Part shown: in pieces, positions 24,607 to 28,348 of the stretch
Position numbering within the stretch: the first letter of the stretch is position 1
Layout of the letters: every line of letters begins with the position of its first letter
Origin: a virus
Lineage: Duplodnaviria > Caudoviricetes
Length of the DNA stretch: 28,348 nucleotides
Strand: one strand, 5' to 3'
IMG/VR virus record: IMGVR_UViG_3300044878_000041
Span: 1-28,348 of that record
Program-made: the position numbers and the translations under genes
The notes under the pieces: model-generated
Told to the model about the DNA's origin: nothing
The model's database searches: none
Seen by the model: the letters and a program-made list of their open reading frames with translations, nothing else

Positions 24607-26700
24607 ATGACCTACCCGGCAGGCGTGCAGCTTTCCACGCTGACCTTCAGCAACCCGACTACCTTCCTCGGCAACAGTGCCACCCGAACGGAGATCATGG
24701 TCCAGCCGACGGCCGGAGTCGTGTGGGCTGCCACGGGCGAACCGATTGACGACTTCGCCGAGGTCGTCGCGCCCGGGCCCGGGCTTCCAGGGTCATTGAC
24801 CGTACCCTTTGTGGATCAGCCGGGGTTCACCGACCAGGCCGGAAACGAATTCACGATGTGGGCGTATGTCGTGACCCGGAATACCGTCTTCGGTTCCACA
24901 GTGAAAACGGTCCGAAAGAACTGGCAGCCGCTCGTCGGACAGACCAGCGTTGACTTCGACAGCCTGCCGGGCGGGAGCATCGGGCTTCCGGTCTCGGCGC
25001 CGATCGTGCCGGTCACCTCGGTGGCCGGTGAGACGGGCGCGGTTGGCGCCGAGTCGCTCGCCGGCGCCCTGGCCGGTTTCCTGCCCGCGCCGGACATCTC
25101 CGGCAAGCTCGACGTCTCCACCGCGGCCACGACGTACGCGGCCAAGAGTGTGGAGACGTCCAAGCTGGACGCCTCCGAGGTGGGCGCCGCGGACGGTGTA
25201 GCGCCCCTGGGCGCGGACTCGCGGGTGCCCGACGCGAATCTGCCTGACAGGCTTGCGACGGCAGCACTTAATGCCACTATTCTGGACCAAGTTGCGGCGC
25301 CAATTTCGGCGGCTGTGGCCCCGAAGCTGGACAAGACTGAGGCAGCAAGCACGTACGCACCCGCAGCTATTGGCGCCGCCGTGACTGCATCACGCACCCT
25401 GACGGCCACCGATGTGGGCAAGGTGTTGGAGGTCAACTCTGCAACGGATGTGATACTGACACTGCCGCTGCACACCGCGGTCAGTATCCCGAACGGCTCC
25501 GAGATTGACGTGGTGCAGGTCGGCGCCGGGCGCGTCTACATCAAGCCCTCCGCTATGAACGACTACCCGGACCACCCCGAAGCGGGATCGGGAGGCATCA
25601 GCCCCAGGAACTCGGCAACCGTTTCGGTCGGCGCCTATGGCCCGTCAGGCGTGACAGCCTACCGATCCACATCGACAGGTGCCGGCTCATACGGTGCGTT
25701 CGGGCGCATCTTGTCGCTGGCTTCGCTGGGATACGCGCCGGGTGACAAGATCAGTGTCCGCATGTGGATGAACCCCTCAGCCGGCGCACCGTCCGCGACG
25801 TTCACAATCCGCTTCAGGGTAGGTTCAACCGGAACCCTCTCGGAAACAACCGCAGCCTACATCTCAGGCGTCGGGGAGCGCTACGTCACGAATGTGACCA
25901 TCCCGGCCGGATGCGACGGGCTCCAGCTCGTGGTTTACAACAGTGCCGGCATCGTTGGCTCGACCATTGACTTCGGCGAAATTGCCATGCAGAAATCAAC
26001 GACGCAGCTCACGACCGTTGCTGACGGCAATGACACCGGCTACTTCTTCACGGGCGCTGCGAACGCATCATCGTCTATGGGGCCGCTCATTGCCGGGGAG
26101 CAGGCCGTTCCGGTCAAGGGCCGCATCAAGCTTCGTCAGGCCTCGCAGGGCACGTGGCTGTCGACGCCGCAGGGCACCCCGGATAACGTGCTGCTGGACT
26201 CAGATTCGCTCCTGGTGGACCGGGACAACGGGCAGGCCGGGATCGGTCCACGTGGCATCAGTAAGGGCTCAGGCGTGGCGCTGGTTGCCAATACTGCCTA
26301 CGCCCGCCGCATCCCATTGTCGCGGCGCATGTCGTTCATCTCCGTGAACTTCGTCGTCGGAACCGCCTCGGGCACTGACGATCCGTTAGACGTCGGACTT
26401 TACTCGGCATCCGGCGCAAAGCTGGTCAGCTCCGGCGCGGTGACGGGCAAGCTGAACTCCACAGGCGTCAAATCCGTAACCATCGCCACCACGATTGTTG
26501 AACCCGGCCCGATCTACGCCGTGATCGCGGCTAACAGCACGGCAACGCTGCTGTTTGACTCGTTCATCGGGGCCGCATTCGGCTCGGCGATGCCGCAGGC
26601 GGAAGGGCTTTCCAAGGTGACCAGCTACCCGCTGCCGACCACCCTCACCGGCATGACGGTAGTGGACACTACGCCGACCATCTGGCTGCGTGAGTCATGA
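24607..26700 (+). CDS. Second tail fibre / receptor-binding-like structural protein
   Basis: AAGGAG SD. VTSVAG.TGAV fibre motif, KLD...AA.TYA repeats and GVAPL.AD..VP, followed by several beta-rich domains. Confidence 0.7.
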   Translation: MTYPAGVQLSTLTFSNPTTFLGNSATRTEIMVQPTAGVVWAATGEPIDDFAEVVAPGPGLPGSLTVPFVDQPGFTDQAGNEFTMWAYVVTRNTVFGSTVKTVRKNWQPLVGQTSVDFDSLPGGSIGLPVSAPIVPVTSVAGETGAVGAESLAGALAGFLPAPDISGKLDVSTAATTYAAKSVETSKLDASEVGAADGVAPLGADSRVPDANLPDRLATAALNATILDQVAAPISAAVAPKLDKTEAASTYAPAAIGAAVTASRTLTATDVGKVLEVNSATDVILTLPLHTAVSIPNGSEIDVVQVGAGRVYIKPSAMNDYPDHPEAGSGGISPRNSATVSVGAYGPSGVTAYRSTSTGAGSYGAFGRILSLASLGYAPGDKISVRMWMNPSAGAPSATFTIRFRVGSTGTLSETTAAYISGVGERYVTNVTIPAGCDGLQLVVYNSAGIVGSTIDFGEIAMQKSTTQLTTVADGNDTGYFFTGAANASSSMGPLIAGEQAVPVKGRIKLRQASQGTWLSTPQGTPDNVLLDSDSLLVDRDNGQAGIGPRGISKGSGVALVANTAYARRIPLSRRMSFISVNFVVGTASGTDDPLDVGLYSASGAKLVSSGAVTGKLNSTGVKSVTIATTIVEPGPIYAVIAANSTATLLFDSFIGAAFGSAMPQAEGLSKVTSYPLPTTLTGMTVVDTTPTIWLRES

Positions 26701-27761
26701 GTCTAAGACGCAAGTCCCTGCGGCCTCCAACTGACCCCACAGCGCCGCTCCCGTGGGCGCCACCAACACTCACCAGCCCGCGCATGGTCACCATCACCGA
26801 TGATCCGGCCACCCGGAACATCACGCTCGATCCCGGACAGGACTGCTACATTACCGCTCCGGACCCGATCAGATTCCTGAACACGCAGACGCCCGCTGAC
26901 GCCATCATTCAGATATTCGGCGGCGGCGATGTGGTGTGGATCGGAGGGCATATCATCGGCGAGGGCGGCCCCTCACCGACCATCACGGCGGCGGTCGGAG
27001 CCAACGATACAACGATCAACGTCACATCCACAGCGGGCTTCCCCACCGCCGGCTATCTGCGGGTAGAAGGCGAAGGCATCGACTACACAGGTAAGACTTC
27101 CACCACCTTCACCGGGCTCACCCGACGCTCGGGCTACTACAACTCCGGCACCGCATCTAGTGACACAACACACGCCATTGGAGCCGTCGTCTATCTGGGC
27201 GAATACTCCCGGTCAGGCATCAGCCGCGTGGCAGGAACGGGCGTAACTCACCTAGAGGGGATCCTGATTGACGGCTTCGTGAATGACTGCTTGCGGGCGA
27301 ACCGCAACAGCCCGCTTATGACGGTGCAGAACTGCCGCTTCGGCCCGAACAAGAACCACGTCCCAGACGGGCAGCTTGACGGTCACCCGGACGTCGTTCA
27401 GTTCTGGGGCGGCGGGGTGCAGGAGTTCAGAATGGCGCGCTCAACGCTCATGGCCGGAGTGTCGGGCCGGGCGATCCTGAACGCGGCCAGCGGCACCACT
27501 GACCCGGCGGTAGGCAAGATCGTCCTACAGGACGTTGACTTCATCACCGACAACATGACGAGCCGGCTGATTGAGAACGCCGACCCGACCACCTGGGAAG
27601 TGTCAAATGCGTGGCTGCGAACCTACTCTCCCCGGTCTTATTCGGTGCAGGACTCAGCCCTTGCGGACAAGCTGGGTATGGCCGAAGTTGTCAGCGCAGT
27701 GCCGGACTTCTGTCCGCCAGGGGTAGCAGGGATCGGCTACGTGTCGCCTGGCTACCTGTAA
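26697..27761 (+). CDS. Putative beta-helix (pectin lyase-like) protein
   Basis: ATGA coupling to the fibre gene. VVWIGGHI, HLEGILIDG, TVQNCRFG and HPDVVQFWGG resemble right-handed beta-helix glycan-active proteins. Confidence 0.55.
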   Translation: MSLRRKSLRPPTDPTAPLPWAPPTLTSPRMVTITDDPATRNITLDPGQDCYITAPDPIRFLNTQTPADAIIQIFGGGDVVWIGGHIIGEGGPSPTITAAVGANDTTINVTSTAGFPTAGYLRVEGEGIDYTGKTSTTFTGLTRRSGYYNSGTASSDTTHAIGAVVYLGEYSRSGISRVAGTGVTHLEGILIDGFVNDCLRANRNSPLMTVQNCRFGPNKNHVPDGQLDGHPDVVQFWGGGVQEFRMARSTLMAGVSGRAILNAASGTTDPAVGKIVLQDVDFITDNMTSRLIENADPTTWEVSNAWLRTYSPRSYSVQDSALADKLGMAEVVSAVPDFCPPGVAGIGYVSPGYL

Positions 27762-28348
27762 CCAGCGCGCATGACGCCGCAACCATAAGGGGCAGCAGGT
27801 GGGAGAAGGGCGCTAGTCCGATCCTGCCAGCTTGTACTGGCGCTTCCAAGATGCCGAGCGCCAGCAATGCGGTCAACGCCAGAACCAAGGCGTAACGCTC
27901 CTGTTTCGGGACTCCCCGCAGGAGCGTTACGCCAGCAATAAGCGCTCCAAGCAGCGCTAGGACTCCTCCAGAGATTGCAATCTCTAGCCACTGGTTGTGA
28001 GGGCTATAGTTTGCGATGAACCCATTCTCCGACGGCTGCTTCACCCAGTATCCCGGGCCGGAGCCGATGATTGGCGACTCGGCAAAAAGCTCGTGCGCAC
28101 GTGCCCAAAGGCTGCCGCGCCACGTGGCGAAGTCCGCCGGGAAGTCACCAACTGCCGTTACGACGGATGCCGTCAGGGCGGCGACGAAAGCCAGCCACGC
28201 TAGCCACGCACGCTTGCCCCAATTGCCTGACGCCAGGACGACAACCGCAGTGACCACCCATGCGGCAATTGCAGCCGCCCGGCTGCCAGACAACTCGATC
28301 AGCAACCCTGCAGCGCCGGCAACCAAGAACATGGGGAACGTCTTCAAC
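27691..28348 (-). CDS. O-antigen ligase / Wzy_C-like polytopic membrane protein, 5' truncated by the window end
   Basis: SGSRAA, R..LW......F..SPIIGSGPG and PHNQWLE....GG motifs plus multiple TM segments. The frame is open to the window edge. Confidence 0.8.
   Translation of the reverse strand, partial: LKTFPMFLVAGAAGLLIELSGSRAAAIAAWVVTAVVVLASGNWGKRAWLAWLAFVAALTASVVTAVGDFPADFATWRGSLWARAHELFAESPIIGSGPGYWVKQPSENGFIANYSPHNQWLEIAISGGVLALLGALIAGVTLLRGVPKQERYALVLALTALLALGILEAPVQAGRIGLAPFSHLLPLMVAASCALVTGSQATRSRSLLPLADRSPALR

Noticed and set aside
26697-26730. MSLRRKSLR as a Tat signal
   Set aside because: No hydrophobic h-region follows; the next segment is Pro-rich.
18931-27761. Diversity-generating retroelement or invertible tail-fibre switch
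   Set aside because: No reverse transcriptase or invertase, and I saw no TR/VR-like near-duplicate or flanking inverted repeats by eye. A self dot-plot would be decisive.

Overview
The window is the late (virion and lysis) region of a high-GC tailed phage or prophage of Actinobacteria with a non-contractile tail. Gene style suggests an Arthrobacter/Micrococcaceae-type host, which is an inference. The + strand order is: Zn-finger/AEP primase-polymerase-like gene, HNH nuclease, terminase small and large subunits, portal, MuF-like head protein, scaffold, head decoration protein, major capsid, head-tail joining genes, major tail, tail chaperones with a -1 frameshift, tape measure with an M23 peptidase, four minor tail genes, a beta-helix tailspike plus LamG-like protein, a four-gene lysis cassette, and a second fibre plus beta-helix pair. 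The most striking feature is that each of the two putative receptor-binding modules is met tail-to-tail by an opposite-strand gene predicted to modify surface glycans. The first is a NeuO-like LbH O-acetyltransferase with an unannotated Zn-finger microprotein; the second is an O-antigen ligase/Wzy-like membrane protein truncated by the window end. Several RNA-level elements are also visible: a hairpin whose loop is exactly complementary to a downstream RBS, a triple-hairpin scaffold leader, a leaderless promoter and an internal endolysin start. No tRNA, rRNA, CRISPR array, integrase or IS was seen. All calls come from motif recognition by eye; no searches were run.
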